From: Octopus sinensis
Taxonomy: Eukaryota
DNA: 64,000 nt
Direction of reading: 5' to 3'
Assembly: GCF_006345805.1 (NCBI RefSeq)
Contig: NC_043011.1
Coordinates: forward strand, 45,148,464-45,212,463
Shown here: positions 37,649 through 52,190 of the stretch, piece by piece
How the letters are laid out: every line of letters begins with the position of its first letter
How positions within the stretch are numbered: the first letter of the stretch is position 1
Program-made: the position numbers and the translations under genes
The notes under the pieces: generated by a model
Told to the model about the DNA's origin: nothing
Databases searched by the model: none
Seen by the model: only the letters and a program-made list of their open reading frames with translations

Positions 37649-38699
37649 ATTTCGTTCGTTTCTTGGCCACAAGGGCTAACAAAAATCAATTAAAACATAA
37701 AGAGACAAAACACAGGACAAAAGTTACAAAGGGTTTTGTCCATTTGAAAAAAGTCCGTGTACAAAAGCAGGATGACAACGAAAAATAAGTAACAATTAAA
37801 ACTCCCTATAATGGGAGGCGCTTCGAAAGGTTACTCATGGAAAAACCCATAAAAGCCATGGGAACCTGGTCAAAAGGGGGGTAGAGAGCCCCTTTCTCCT
37901 TTTATATTTTCTTTTAATTCCCACAGGTGTATCCTCAGAATTGGTCTGTTCATACTGGCCATTCTTGCGACATTCACCCACTTTTCAATAAACTTGCTAC
38001 CAGACATCACTTCCCTCTCTACTCTCATCTTCCTTTTCAAGTGAAACTTGAAAAAGTTGATGAGGCCTTGGCCAAAGAGGAAATAATAATAATAATAATG
38101 GTTTTAAATTTTGCCACAAGGGCAACAATTTGTGGGGAGTAGGTGAGTTGATTACATCAACCCTAGTGTTCAACTGGTACTTATTTTATCAACCCCGAAA
38201 GGATGAAAAGTAAAGTCGATCCCAGCAGAATTTGAATTTAGAACACAGCAACAGGCAAAATACTGCTAAGCATTTAGTCCAGAATGCTAACGATTCCACC
38301 AGCTCGCCACCTTGATAAACAATGATAATAATAACAACAATAATGTTTGTTTTTAATTTCAAAACAAAGCATGAAATGCTGTAGGATAAATACTGATTAA
38401 TGGCTTTACCTCCCCCACCTGACCTGCCCCTGCAGATAAAAGATATTTGTCATTAACAGTAGAAAGGGATTCGTTAGTGATTATTATAATCTATGTTTAA
38501 TCAATGACGGTCAAGGATACAGTTGAAAATAGTGGAATAATGAACTTGGTACCTCAACTGTTGTTGTTGTTGTTGATGGCCTTTCATCTGTGTCAGGTGT
38601 GTGATATAGTAAGGACTATCATTGTTTTGTAAGTACTTAATTAAACAGCAACTATAATACATTGCAAGGGGTGGTTACACAGTGTAGGCCAAACACTCT

Positions 38700-39066
38700 G
38701 GGTTAGCAACAGATTGGCTACTAGCTGACCTCAGGTTGGCTCATGGTTAGCTACTCATTGGCTACAGATGGTTGGCTATTAGCTGACTGACTAACAGGCT
38801 GGCTTGTGGCTAGCAACTGGCTACCTTCTTGCTAGCTACAGGTTGGCTACTAGCTCGCTACAAGCTGGCTCATGGCTAGTTCCTGGCTGGCTACTAGCTG
38901 GCTCATGGCTAGTTCCTAGCTGACTTCTGATTGGCTACTGGCAGGCTTCTAGTTGGCTACTGGTTGGGTACCAGATGACAACTGGCTCCTAGTTGACTTC
39001 CAGCTGGCTACTAGTTGATTACTATCTAAGCTTTTGATTGGCTACCGGTTGACTACTAGCTAGCTT
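38700..39066. repeat. Degenerate 11-bp tandem repeat (tggctactagc)
   Basis: 11-nt periodicity over roughly 30 units. Confidence 0.8.
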
Positions 39067-40325
39067 CTGTTAAAAATACAGAAATACAGCCAAATTCCCC
39101 AAAATCTCATCTTAGAAGGGAAGTACACATTGGATAATTGTAATCTTTGATAATTATGCCTGTGGAAAAAGAAAAAAATGATAGGATGGTCAAAGATTGG
39201 AAAAGCCTTTGGAAGTAGGATTGCTTAATCAGGGCTAACCTAGGGTTAAACAACAGCAACAACTCTATGTCTATCCATTCAACATGTACAAAAGTGTTTC
39301 TCTACCAGGTCAGCAGCAATATAGTGGTAAATGTCAAGAGGGTATTTTGGTGGGGTAGTGGACATTTAGAGGGGTTGAGATTTTTCTCATAAATAGAATT
39401 TGTAAACCAGGTGCAATATCTATATTTTAAAAGCATTTTCAAAAAACATCTTTGTCAAAAAAGTTAAAATTTTACTAAGAAAATCTTTGTCAAGATTAAG
39501 ATTTGTAGTGGACATTATATTTATTGTCAGTGAGTAGAAACATGACAAGTGATGTGTCAAGTCCAGTATGATACAAGAATATAAGTCCTCCTTTTGTAAT
39601 TTCCATAACTAATTAACATAGGGTGAAGGTGCATGGCCTGGTGGTTAAGCAATTACAAACACTATCACTTGATCGTGGGTTCAATTTCCATATTGGGCAG
39701 CACGTTGTATTCTTGAGCAAAACACTTCATTTCACATGGTTCCAGTCCCCTTGTCAATCAGGAAGGAATGTTGACCTGCTCAACTAGCCAGTTGAGTGGC
39801 ATCATTTGAAAACTAAAACAATGCCAAAGTGCATTGTGATCAGTGATGTGTAACAATATCTGAGTGCTTGGTCAGTCACGTGATCATCTGATTTTAACAT
39901 AGGAGACACTGACCAATGCAAAACATCTAAAATGGAGGTAAACAGTCGGTGGCAGAGTATAAGAAACTAGGATTAATAAATCATTGCACAAAATCAGTTT
40001 CTGTCTCATTAAAATAACCTGATGTGTTTTTGGTAGGGTTGCAATTATGGGGCGGGGTCGTTTGTAAAATACCCTTCTGTGAACTGTGGGTTCTGAGCAA
40101 GAAATGGTTGAGCACCATTGGTTTATACAGACTTATGTGTCTCTAACTAACCAGCTGCCGTGTGTGTGTGTATATGAGTGTGTGTAATATATTTATATAT
40201 GTCTATGTGTGTAAGCACAGGTGTGCCTGTGTAATTAAGAAGTTTACTTCCGAACCACTATTTTCTTGGGTCAACCAAAGCATTGCAAGGGTATTTTGTA
40301 GAAGGAAATTGAAAGAAGCCTGTCT

Positions 40326-40357
<32 letters not shown>

Positions 40358-40719
40358 TGCATGTGTGTATGTATATATATGTATATATAAGTGTGTGCAT
40401 GTATGAATATGTATGTGTGTATATATATATATATATATATTTATATCTATATATGGGGGGGGTATACATATATGTGTATGTATGTGTGAGTGTGGGTGTG
40501 TGTATGTATTTGCATGTTTGTGAGAGTGGGTGTATGTCTTGTGTCTTGACATCATGTGAAAATCGTAAATGAGTGTCACTGTCATACAAGCAGTGTCCTT
40601 CCTTTCCAATTTTCCAAGAAAGCATGTTTGGCCACAGAAAATCCGCCTCAATAAATTCCATCTGACTCATGCAATTATGGAGAAGTGGACATTAAAAAAG
40701 GAAAGTGATGATAACATAC

Positions 40720-40840
40720 ATACATAAGTGTGTGTGTGTGTATGTATGTGTATATATGTGTGTGCGTGTATGTATGTGTATATATGTGTGTGTGTGTGTA
40801 TATATGTATGTGTATATGTATGTGTATATATATATATGTA

Positions 40841-40882
<42 letters not shown>

Positions 40883-40981
40883 GTATGTATGTATGTATAC
40901 ATATATACATATATGTATGCATGTGTGTGTGTATATATATATGTATGTATGTATGTGTATACATATATTTATCTATGTGTG

Positions 40982-41022
<41 letters not shown>

Positions 41023-41545
41023 ATGTATATGTATGTGTATATACACATACATATATGTATATGTATGTGTATGTATATGTATGTGTATATACACATACAT
41101 ATATGTATATGTATGTGTATGTATATGTATGTGTATATACACATACATATATGTATATGTATGTGTATGTATGTGTATATACACATACATATATGTATAT
41201 ATATATGTATGTGTATGTATATGTATGTGTATATACACATACATATATATATATATATGTATGTGTATGTATATGTATGTGTATATACACATACATATAT
41301 GTATATATATATGTATATATGTATACGCATGTATATATGTATATGCATATATATATGGGTATATATATATATGTATGTATATATATATATATGTATGTGT
41401 GGTTTGTATATATATATATATGTATGTATATATATATATATATATGTGTGTTTGTATATAAATATATGTATGTGTATATGTGTATATATATATGTAATGT
41501 ATGTATTTTTGTATGTGTATATATATGTATGTATGTATATTATAC
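40720..41545. repeat. Compound TA/TG microsatellite with a 48-bp higher-order unit
   Basis: gtatgtgtatgtatatgtatgtgtatatacacatacatatatgtatat repeated from ~41015. Confidence 0.9.
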
Positions 41546-42189
41546 ATTAACTCTACTGTTCACAGCACAGTTGTCAACATTAGCAATGTTCTACGTGATA
41601 AACTGACAGAAGTAGGTGAACAACAGTTACGTGATAAGAGGTATGGTAGACCTTGATGAAGTTTGGAATACACTGCATCACCCACCCCAGGGTAGCTAGA
41701 GGGGTGTCCTCTGTTTTAGTAACTGTTCTGTCAGTCATTCTATTCATGCACAACACTGGCTGTGTTGGAAGGGGACAGGGAAAATGTGGTACGAGGTTGG
41801 CCAAATATTGCTTCAATTATCTTTGATGGTATAAATGGAATGTTCTGGTGGGGGAGTGAAGGAGAGGGGAGGAGATGGGTATGTGAGGGAGGGGCACATT
41901 AAGGGTGGGTGGATTACTAGCTTTATATTTAGAGGTACTTTCCTTCATATTTATATACATACATACATACATACATACATACATACATACATACATACAT
42001 GCACACATTGATTACATACTCACATATACTGATATTCACACACTCACACACATGTAATGCTACAAACACAAACATGTTGACACGCATACATATATACACA
42101 CACATAAATTCATGCGCATGCACACACGTAAATATGAATTTACATGTGATTATATGGATCCCTGTATATGAGCACATATACACGTATAT

Positions 42190-42510
42190 ATCATCATCGT
42201 TTGACGTCCGTTTTCCAGTTTGATCTGGCAGAGTTTCTACAGCTGGATGCCCTTCCTAACGCCAACCACTCCACGAGTGTAGTGGGTGCTTTTTACGTGC
42301 CACCTGCACAGGTGCCAGGGGGGTCCGGCATCGGCCACGATCGGTTGGAGCTTTTAACGTGCCACTGGCACGGAAGTCAGCCAAGGCGGCGCTGGCAACG
42401 GCCACGTTTGGATGGTGCTTTTTATGTGCCGCCGGCACAAAAGCCAGTCGGGGCAGTGCTGGCATCGGCCACGTTCGGATGGTGCTTTTTATGTGCCACC
42501 GGCACAGGTA
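42190..42510 (-). mobile_element. SINE family C with hairpin-repeat array
   Basis: Four gtgcc-nnn-ggcac units plus RTE-like tail. Confidence 0.8.
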
Positions 42511-43664
42511 TGCACATATATATATATATATATATATATAATAAGTAAGATTGTTCTGTTTATCAAGTTAGCCTTGATATTAACTCTCACGCGACTCTGC
42601 ATCTTTCTTTCTTTCTCTCCCATTCCCTTTTTCGTCTTTTTTTCCCTCACTTAACTTGTCTCTTCCTCTCTCTCTCATTCTTCATTCTCTCTCTCCCTTT
42701 CACCATTCTTCATGGTCTCCTCGCACCATTCCCCTTCTTCTCTCTCTTCCTCTTGCTCCTCCTCCCCCATTCCCGTCGTCCATCTGCGACGATACTTCCG
42801 TCGTAACTGCTATCCTGTCTTTTCTCGCCCACCTTGTAAGGCTACTGGTCGACATATTTTCTCTCTCTCGTCGTCCACGATAATCCAGCGTTTGCAATAC
42901 TTTTTTCGTCTGGCGTTAACAGCCCTTCTTATCTTGTTCTCCTTGTCCTGTCTCTCACTGTTATATATTTATTTTTCCACTGTTTATATATATATTTTTT
43001 ACTGTTTATATGTTTGTACTGTCGTTACCGTCTTGCTTTTTTTACCCCTCTGCGAAAAGATCTCAGAATTTTAATTGATTTGCTTTTCGCGGGAAGGAAG
43101 TTTTCTTCGAAGTATACGTCTCGCTTTTATCCTTCGAAACGTTTAGTAGATGAAACCTTAGCGACTGAAGAAGGGGATTTTTCGTTGTGCTTATTGTCCT
43201 GTATCTCTCTGTTTTTTTGCTTGTCTTGTTCCTTGGTTTGTGTCTATGTGTTTCGTCTCTCTATGTGTTCGACGTCTTTTTGGTGTCCTGTACACATATA
43301 TGCGTGTATATGTACATGTAGAGGTAGGTACGTACATATATGTTTATATATATGCATATGTTCTATTTTATTAACATATATATATATATATGCACATGTA
43401 TACATACATGCAGTTGCACATATGCTAATGCACATACCCATATACATATACATACACATGTACATTACATTCATACATGCACGTACGTGTATGCACACCT
43501 GCACATACTAGTGTATACACTCGCACACACACACACTTTCTTTCTGTTCTCAACTTCTGTATGGGGTACTTTCAGTGGGGTACTGTAAATGTACTTGAGG
43601 TGCTCCCATCAATATCATCCGTCAGCCACCAGACACCTTTAGTACCATCTCAAACATTTACCGA

Positions 43665-43742
43665 GTTGAAATGGTTGAGTGGAAGTGGACACTGATACTG
43701 AAGTTACAAGTTCATAAGCTGTTGGTTCGAATCCTTTGCAAG
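43665..43742 (+). pseudogene. Degenerate tRNA-like sequence with Pol III A- and B-boxes
   Basis: TGGTTGAGTGG plus GGTTCGAATCC; long spacing and poor stems, so not a functional tRNA. Confidence 0.3.
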
Positions 43743-44097
43743 TCCAATTCTGTTCAATATCATTATCATCATCATCATCATCATTATCATTTAACATCTG
43801 TTGTCCATGCTGGCATGGCTTGAAAGGTTTGACCAGGGCTGGTACGCTGAGAGGCTGCACTAGACTCCAGCCTGTTTTGACATGGTTTCTATGGCTGGAT
43901 TTCCTTCTTAATGCCAACCACTCCAAGAGTGTAATGGGTGCTTTTACATGCCACCGGCACGGGTGTCAGCTGTGTGACACCAGTATCTGCCACAACTGCT
44001 ATTTCACTTGACTTGATGAATCTTCTTCTCGAGCTCAGCATATTGCTAAACAGTCGGTTAATGGAACTTATTATTGGGTGAACTGGTAGAAACTTAA

Positions 44098-44330
44098 GGC
44101 AGCAAGCTGGCAGAAACGTTAGCACACCGGGCGAAATGCTTACCGGTATTTCGTCTGCCGCTATGTTCTGAGTTCAAATTCTGCCGAGGTCGACTTTGCC
44201 TTTCATCCTTTCAGGGTCGATTAAATAAGTACCAGTTATGCACTGGAGTCAATATAATCAACTTAATCCGTTTGTTGGTCCTTGTTTGTCCCCTCTGTGT
44301 GTAACCCCTTGTGGGCAGTAAAGAAATAAG
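44098..44330 (+). mobile_element. SINE family B
   Basis: Full length. Confidence 0.85.
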
Positions 44331-44589
44331 AACTTATTATTGGGGATGACTAAATGATGAGAGTAGTACTGACTATGGTCGTTGAGGATGGTGAATGTCA
44401 TGCACGATATTGTTGAAGCATTGAGAACTATAAATAAGAAGCTTACAAAGTGAATTGAAAAGATTGGAGTAAATGGGAAGATAGAGCATCAACAAAAAAT
44501 AGCATTGCTCAGAACCATGTGAATCTTCTACAAAGTTTTGGATGTAAAACCAGAAGATATACTACTCAGAATTTTGTCTGACATACTCT

Positions 44590-44785
44590 TCACTCTTTTA
44601 CTTGTTTCAGTCATTTGACTGTGGCCATGCTGGAGCACCGCCTTTAGTCAAGCAAATCATCCACAGGACTTATTGTTTGTAAGCCTAGTACTTATTCTAT
44701 CGGTCTCTTTTGCTGAACCAGCATCGGTTGTCAAGCGATGTTGGAGGGGGGACAAACACAAACACACAAACATATACACACACAC

Positions 44786-44832
<47 letters not shown>

Positions 44833-44985
44833 GCTTCTTTCAATTTCCATCTACCAAATCCACTCACAAGGCTTTGGTCAGCCCGAGGCTACAGTAGAAG
44901 ACACTTGCCCAAGGTGCCATAAAGTGGGACTGAACCCAGAACCATGTGGTTGGTAAGCAAGCTACTTACCACACAGCCACTCCTA
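44590..44985 (-). mobile_element. SINE family A
   Basis: Head to tail with an internal deletion. Confidence 0.8.
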
Positions 44986-45479
44986 CGATATGTTAACTAT
45001 TCTAGAAGTCCACTGCCTTAAAAATAATAATGAGTCTTTCTTCTGTAGGCATAAGGCCTGAAATTTTGTGGGAAGGTTTTAGTTGATTGCATTGATCCCA
45101 GTGCACGACTGGTACTTATTTTTATCAACCCCAAAAGAATGAAAGGCAAAGCCAACCTCAGTGGAATTTGAGCCCAGAATCTAAGCATTTTGTTCCATGT
45201 GTTGACAGTTCTGCCAACTTGCTTCATCAATAATAATAATAATAATAATCCTTTCTACTATAGGAACAAGGCCTGAAATTTGAGGGAGAGGACTAGTCAA
45301 TTACATTGACCCCAGTACTCAACTGGTACTTAACTTATCGACCCCAAAAGGATGAAAGGTAAAGTTGACCTCAGCAGAATTTGAACTTAGGACGTAGTTG
45401 CAGATGAAATACTGCTAAGCATTTTGCCTGGTGTGCTAACAATTCTACCAGCTCGCTATCTTAATAATAATAATAATAA

Positions 45480-45743
45480 TGGTTCTTTCAACATCCTTAA
45501 ACAACCCTTATTCAGGGACCTTTTAAGCGGGATGGGCTACTCGACCTGAAGAAAATTCTAACTGGGCCCCACCTGCAAGGTCATGCGCTGTTTACCTTGA
45601 TATGAGATCACCATGTCGCGCACATATGGTTGTGATGCATGTGCCTGGTGTACCCTTATCAGACGGGTAGTCATGATGGGTATATTGGGCTTCGTATATT
45701 TTACCCCAGTGTCACTTTGATGGCATGAACTGCTCTCTCACTC

Positions 45744-45750
<7 letters not shown>
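45480..45750. mobile_element. Interspersed repeat family E, associated with (AAT)n
   Basis: Homologous segments at ~35070-35240, ~49160-49460 (opposite strand) and ~50590-50945. Confidence 0.7.
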
Positions 45751-45777
<27 letters not shown>

Positions 45778-45976
45778 GGCACAATGCATAAAATTTTGGA
45801 GGAGGGGGTAGTTGATTACATGGACCCCCCCCCAGTGCTCAGCTGGTACTTATGTTATCAAATTCGAAAGAATGATGGGCAAATTCAACCTCAGTGGAAA
45901 TTTGAACCCAGGACATAAAGAGTCAAAAGAAATGCTGTTAACTATTTTGTCTGGTGTGCTAATAATTCTGCCAATC

Positions 45977-46008
<32 letters not shown>

Positions 46009-47228
46009 GTATATATATGTATGTATGTGTATATATATATATTTATCTATGTGTATGTATATATATATATCTATATATATATATATATACTAAGCAATTA
46101 AGGGTTTAGCAACGAATTGCCTCACCACACACCGAATTTAGAAATAGCAGTCAAAGAGTTATAGCTATTCTTTCTACTAAAAGGGAGATCTCAGTAAAAA
46201 CACAGCACTTGAAAGGCAAACACAGACAGGTAAGAGAGAATGAAATGACGGCAATCTATCATACAATTTTAAGTCACCTACAGACGTACATTTCGAAATT
46301 AAGTTTTAGGAAAGCATAAGAATTAGATAATTATATCTTACCCAACTTCTTTTCTCATCAGCGTAGGACACTACAATTATGAATAATTGTATATTAAATT
46401 TCGAGATACTAGAAGGCATCATCTCAACTCAGTATCAGAGCGAGCTAAAGCCGTTACCAGTATCACCAAATTCAAAGTGTGAATGAAAGTTTGTGTCACC
46501 AACCCCTTCCCACCAGCGTGTAGCCAAGACAAGATATATATATTATATATATTGTTGCTATTGCACAAAATTGTTGTTAAGTCCAAATTGTTGCTTTTTC
46601 AGAAAACAAAAAAATAATAATATTAAAAATAATAATAATCCTTTCTGCTATAGGCACAAAGCCTGAAATTTTAGCAGGAGGGGGCCAGTCGATTACATTG
46701 ACCCCAGTGTTTCACTGGTACTTAATTTATCGACCCTGAAAGGATGGAAGGCAAAGTCGACCTCAATGGAATTTGAACTCAGAATGAAATGGCAGATGAA
46801 ATACTGTGAAGCATTTCTCCTGGTGTGCTAACGATTCCGCCACCTCACTGCCTAAATAATAATATTCAACCAGAAGAATTGTTAGCACACCAGGCGAAAT
46901 GCTTAGCGGTATTTTGTTCGCCTTTATGTTCTGAATTCAAATTCCACTAAGGATGACTTTACTTTTCATCTTTTCAGGGGTCAATAAATTAAGTACCAGT
47001 GAAATACTGAGGTTGATGTAATTGACGAGTTGCCCTCCACCAAATTTTCAAGGCCTTTAAAATGCAGAGCAATCCTCAGTTGCCCAAAGACATAGAATTT
47101 AATTAAATTAGATCAGATGGACACCTAAAAATCTCCAAGAAGTTAAGGAGATAGACAAATTGTATGGATAATACTGTACTAAATTCTGGTGCCTCAACTT
47201 AAGTACCATATTCATCTGAATCTCTCTA

Positions 47229-47229
<1 letters not shown>

Positions 47230-47264
<35 letters not shown>

Positions 47265-47425
47265 ATAATATATATATATATATATATATAATATATATAT
47301 ATATAATTATATATATATATATATATATATATTATATTAATATATATATATATATATAATATATATATATATAATATATATATATATATAATATATATAT
47401 ATATAATATATATTATATATATATA

Positions 47426-47464
<39 letters not shown>

Positions 47465-47530
47465 TATATATTATATATATATATATATATATTTATCGAT
47501 CGATAGATAGATAGATAGATAGATAGATAT
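47230..47530. repeat. (TA)n/(TAGA)n microsatellite
   Basis: Direct observation. Confidence 0.95.
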
Positions 47531-48629
47531 GTGTGTGTTTGTGTATGTATGTGTGTATACATGCACATACATAACTCTGATAGCTTCATTAACTCTAATA
47601 AGATGTCACAGAAGTAAAACAACACACACACACACACAATGAATCTGTTTATTCATACTGAAGTGTATTGTCACCATCATTGAAATGTTCACTCATACAC
47701 CCCCACCTTACACTCAGGCATCACCCACCCACCCTGGCCACATACGCATTTGCAGGTCCTTATTCTCATACCATGCTCTAACATTCCTCTACACGTCCAC
47801 CACCACCACGAAGTCAGAGCCAGCCTTTGCAGTATCCTGGCAACAGATTGTACTTGGTACCACTAGCATCTACTACCACTACTATCATGACCATCCCTCC
47901 GAGTACTACTGCCAATCACTACCAGAAGTATGAACACTTCTGCTATCACCACCACCACCACCACAATCACCAACACCAGCACCTTCGCTTACCAACACCA
48001 TCACCATTTGCTACCAACACCACTACCATCATCATCACCACCAACACCACCATCACTACCAACATTACTTCTATCACCATCTTTAACCTCCACCCCTATC
48101 ACTCCCACTCCTTTAGATGTGACTAAACCCCTTGTTGTGTACTTAAGTATATTGACAATTGTACACACACACACACATATTTCCGTTTCATTCCTTCCTT
48201 AAGTAAGACGCTCAACTCATCTGCCACTCTTCATAATCATATTGTCGGTTTTCTATTCCATTTCCGTTTTTATTATTTAACACTGAGTCAAGGCTTGCAA
48301 AGCCGGTGGAATTGTTATGTTAATGTGTCTGAGAAAAATGCTTAGTGACATTTTGTCTGCTTTTCCATTCCGAATTCAAATTCCACTGACGTCAGTTTTT
48401 GTCTTTCCTCCTTTCAAGGTCGATGAAATAAATACCACTTGAACACTGGGGCCAGTGTAATCAATTTGCTCCTTCCCCTAAATTTCAGGCCTTGTGCTTA
48501 TAGTAGAAAGGGCTATTTAACATTAAGTGGGTCTTGATTTCTGTACATCCATAACCAAAGATGTTCCACATGTCCTTTATTTGGACACAGTCTATATATG
48601 AGTGCACTATCTTAAGTACCCTTTCCTAG

Positions 48630-48845
48630 CCCTTAAGGCGGCGAACTGGCAGAATCGTTAACGATGGACGAAATGTTTACCAGTATTTCACCCGTTGGTA
48701 CGTTCTGAGTTCAAATTCCGCCGAGGTCGCATTTTCCTTTCATCCTTTTGGGGTCGATAAAATAAGTACCAGTTAAACACTGGGGTCAATGTAATTGACT
48801 CATTCCCTCCTGCAGCCCTTGTGGAAAAATTTGAAACCTTTCTTA
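48630..48845 (+). mobile_element. SINE family B flanked by a 49-bp direct repeat
   Basis: 48577-48625 and 48850-48898 differ by one base. Confidence 0.8.
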
Positions 48846-49479
48846 ACCCTTATTTGGACACAGTCTATATATGAGTGCATTATCTTAAGTACCCTTTCTT
48901 GACATTTAACCCTTAGTCCCAAACCAACAAAACTATGATCAAAAACATTCCAGGCGTGACCATCCAGCCTTTTATTCAGGCACAATCTAACTAGGAATGT
49001 GCCATTATTTAACCTTACATAAGTCCTAAACAGCAGATTTATGATTAAAAGATGTTCTAGATGTGATTCTCCTGTCTTTTATTCAGACATTACGCACCAA
49101 GGAATACATTATCTAATGTGTTCTTTATTCAAGACAATAGGGTGTAATCTAAGTGAGATTTAACTGTTGAAACACCCATGTTTCCAGAGGTGAATTATCC
49201 AAACCTCAAAGAATTCCTCTTGACACATGGTTATGATGCTCCCCAACTACTTCTGCTCATGATCAGAGATGCACATATCGTCAACCACCAAGAGACATGC
49301 TTAACTGGTTCAGGTCAAGCAACTGACAAGCAAATCTGTGGTATTAAGCAGAATATTTGCTGTAGCCCATCTTTTATACCAAGACAAATCAATGTACATG
49401 ATAACACTTCCAATCAGTCAAGATGAGAAGCCATGAGAGCCACTGCCTGGTACTGCAATAGGACATTTATTATTATTAT

Positions 49480-49965
49480 TATTATTATTCAAGTTGATTC
49501 AGTGTCAGTACTTGGTTCCTACTTGTAACCTTAGATATTTACAAGCTTCCAATAACTTTTCAAGTGTTCAAAACACTTCTGATAATCTTGACCGTTCCTA
49601 ACAGATGAACTCTCTGTAAAATCTCCACCGGACATTCCATTCTAATTACCTTCAACCATTTGTCTATATCATTACTCACAGTCCCTAATGCAACAATTAT
49701 TATTACTGTTATTATTATCATCATTATTATTATTTTTTTTATTTGAATAATGTTGATCTTGTGGACATTGGATTGTTTAATTGACTCCCTATCAAGTTAC
49801 TTAACATCAGAAAGACAATGTTATCTTCAGGAAACTTGCTGTCCCCAAAAGCATTGTCTTTTACAATGTCATAATACGGGGACAAATTCCAATTGTGTCA
49901 AGATATTTTCGGAGGCTTTTTGTCACCAACCCAAGTGCCCTAGTCACAATTGGAATAATTTTTGC
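49480..49965 (-). mobile_element. Two R4/Dong-like LINE extreme 3' fragments
   Basis: IIVALGTVSNDIDKWLK..LQRVHLLGTVKIIRSVL and IIPIVTRALGLVTKSLRKYLDTIG..LLGTA, with ATT/AAT flanks. Confidence 0.7.
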
Positions 49966-50944
49966 TTTTGTATTTCTCATTCTCTGTGCCGGTGGCATGT
50001 AAAAAGCGCCAACCGATCGTGGCTGTTGCCAGCCTCCCCTGGCACGTAAAAACACCCACTACACTCACGGAGTGGTTGGCATTATGAAGGGCATTCAGCT
50101 GTAGAAACACTGCCAGATCAGACTGGAGCCTGGTGCAGCCTCCTGGCTTCCCAGACCTGGTCGAACCATCCAACCCATGCTAGCATGGAAAATAGACGTT
50201 AAACAATGATGATGATGATTCTCTACATCTGTTCTCAAGTCTTCCGCCAACAAACTTTCTGTCTGTCTGTCTCTCTTTTAATATCACATTTTCTCAACCA
50301 CTTCCATAAACATTCTACTTTATTTCCTTCATTTGTCTTTAGAATTGACCATGTAATTCCATGCCTCCCATCATGCTTAGTTTCTCAGTGAGCAGCTTCT
50401 GCTTGCAGTTTTTTTTTATTTTCAATACTAAAAAATACTATTGAGTTTTTCTTCTTTCAATTTTGTTTCCATCTCTTGCTGAGTGCCTTCCTGACTCCTA
50501 GGGCAAAGAAGCTCATTGTATACATTGATAGGCCATTAAACTAAACACACCAAATTATTCATTTTCAAAATGTAAAAAAAAAAAAAATTGAAATACAGGC
50601 AGTGGCTCTCATGGTTTCTCATCTTAACTGATTGAGCAAATATTCTGCTTAATATCACAGATTTGCTTGTCAGTTGCTTGACCTTAACCAGTTAAGCATG
50701 TCCCTTGGTGGTTGACGATATGTGCATCTCTGATCACAAGCAGAAGTAGTCAGGGAGCATCATAGCCATGTGTCAAGAGGAATTCTTTGGGGTTTGGATA
50801 ATTCACTTCTGGAAACATGGGTATTTCATTCAACATCCTTAAACAAACCTTATTCAGGGACCTTTCGCGCAGGATGGGCTACTCAACCTGAAGAAAATTC
50901 TCACTGGGTCCCACCTGCAAGATCATGTGCTGTTTATCTTGAAT

Positions 50945-51480
50945 GATAATCGTTCTCACTATGACAATGCTCTTCTCAATATGTGTGATATACCAGTTAA
51001 AACGATCTTTTGCACTTCTTGCAGCGATGGTTAGCCAGGGATCATTCTCAAATAATTTTCAGTTCCTTTTTTAATCATTCCAAGTGCTCCAACAACCATT
51101 GGTATTGTAACTGCCTTGAGATATCACATTTTATCAATTTCAATGAGCAAATCTTTATATATTCTCTGAGCTCGTCAAATTCTTTTGCCGAGATCACATG
51201 GAAAGATCATGTCGATCAATAAACAGACTTTATTGTTTTGGTCTTTCACAATATCCGGTTTATTAGCTTTGATGGTTCAGTCTGTATGTACTGGAAATTT
51301 CCAAAGAATCATTACATTTTCTCCTTCAGTTACAGCCTCAGGATGGTGCTTGTACCATTTGTCAATACTTTTGATTTTATAATGCTGACATATTAACCAG
51401 TATAGATATTGAACAACTCTGTCATCTCTTGATTTATACTCCACTCATTCTAAGTCCACTGTTTCAATCACATCATTGCA
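50945..51480 (-). mobile_element. R4/Dong-like LINE 3' fragment (Zn knuckle plus REL), decayed
   Basis: EYKSRDDRVVQYLYWLICQHY..HHPEAVTEGENVMILW..TIKANKPDIV..CLLIDM. Confidence 0.8.
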
Positions 51481-51849
51481 GATTATTATTAGCGTTATTA
51501 TTTTTCCTTCGTAACACAGTGTATGTAAAACTGCACCAGAGTCATCTGTCAAGTCACAATAAGGACCTCAGACAGATAATACTTTCCTTATTATAATTAT
51601 AATTATAATTATTATTATTATTATTCTGCAAGCTGGCAGTATCATTAGCACATTGGGTGAAATGCTTAGCGATTTTGTCTACCACAACGTTCTGAGTTCA
51701 AATTCTACTTAGGTTGACATTGCCTTTCATCCTTTTGGGGTTGATTAAATAGGTGCCAGTTACACACTGGGGTCCATGTAATCAACTTAATCCTTTTCCT
51801 CAAATTTGAGGCCTTGTGCTTCCAAATAGAAAGGATTATTATTATTATG

Positions 51850-52190
51850 CTGAGACCCCCTTCGGTCATGACTGACCATGGGGTTGCACCTAGAAAGTTA
51901 CCCTCCCAGGCACAAGTCCGGGCAAGGTTGTTTATGGAAGACCAGCAGTCGCCCATGCATACTGGCCTCCCCTCTCCACGCCACCAGTGTTATCCAAGGG
52001 AAAGGCAAAGGGGCCGATACAGCTTGGCACCAGTGACGTCGCAACTCATTTCTACAGCTGAGTGAACTGGAGCAACGTGAAATAAAGTGTCTTGCTCAAG
52101 AACACAACACGCAGCCCGGTCCAGGATTCAAACTCACAACCTCTCGATTGTAAGCTCGATACTCTAACCACTGAGCCATGCGCCTTCACA
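51850..52190 (-). mobile_element. tRNA-headed SINE, additional family
   Basis: tggctcagtggttagag A-box and gagtttgaatcc B-box, then gttgtgttcttgagcaagacac. Confidence 0.75.

Noticed and set aside
43085-43145. Additional hammerhead-like CGAAACGTT with a GAAGGA/TCCTTC stem
   Set aside because: The upstream core (CGCGGGA) is too degenerate and stem I is unsupported.
51850-52190. tRNA gene
   Set aside because: The A- and B-boxes belong to a SINE head; there is no complete cloverleaf. No intact tRNA or rRNA gene was found in the window.
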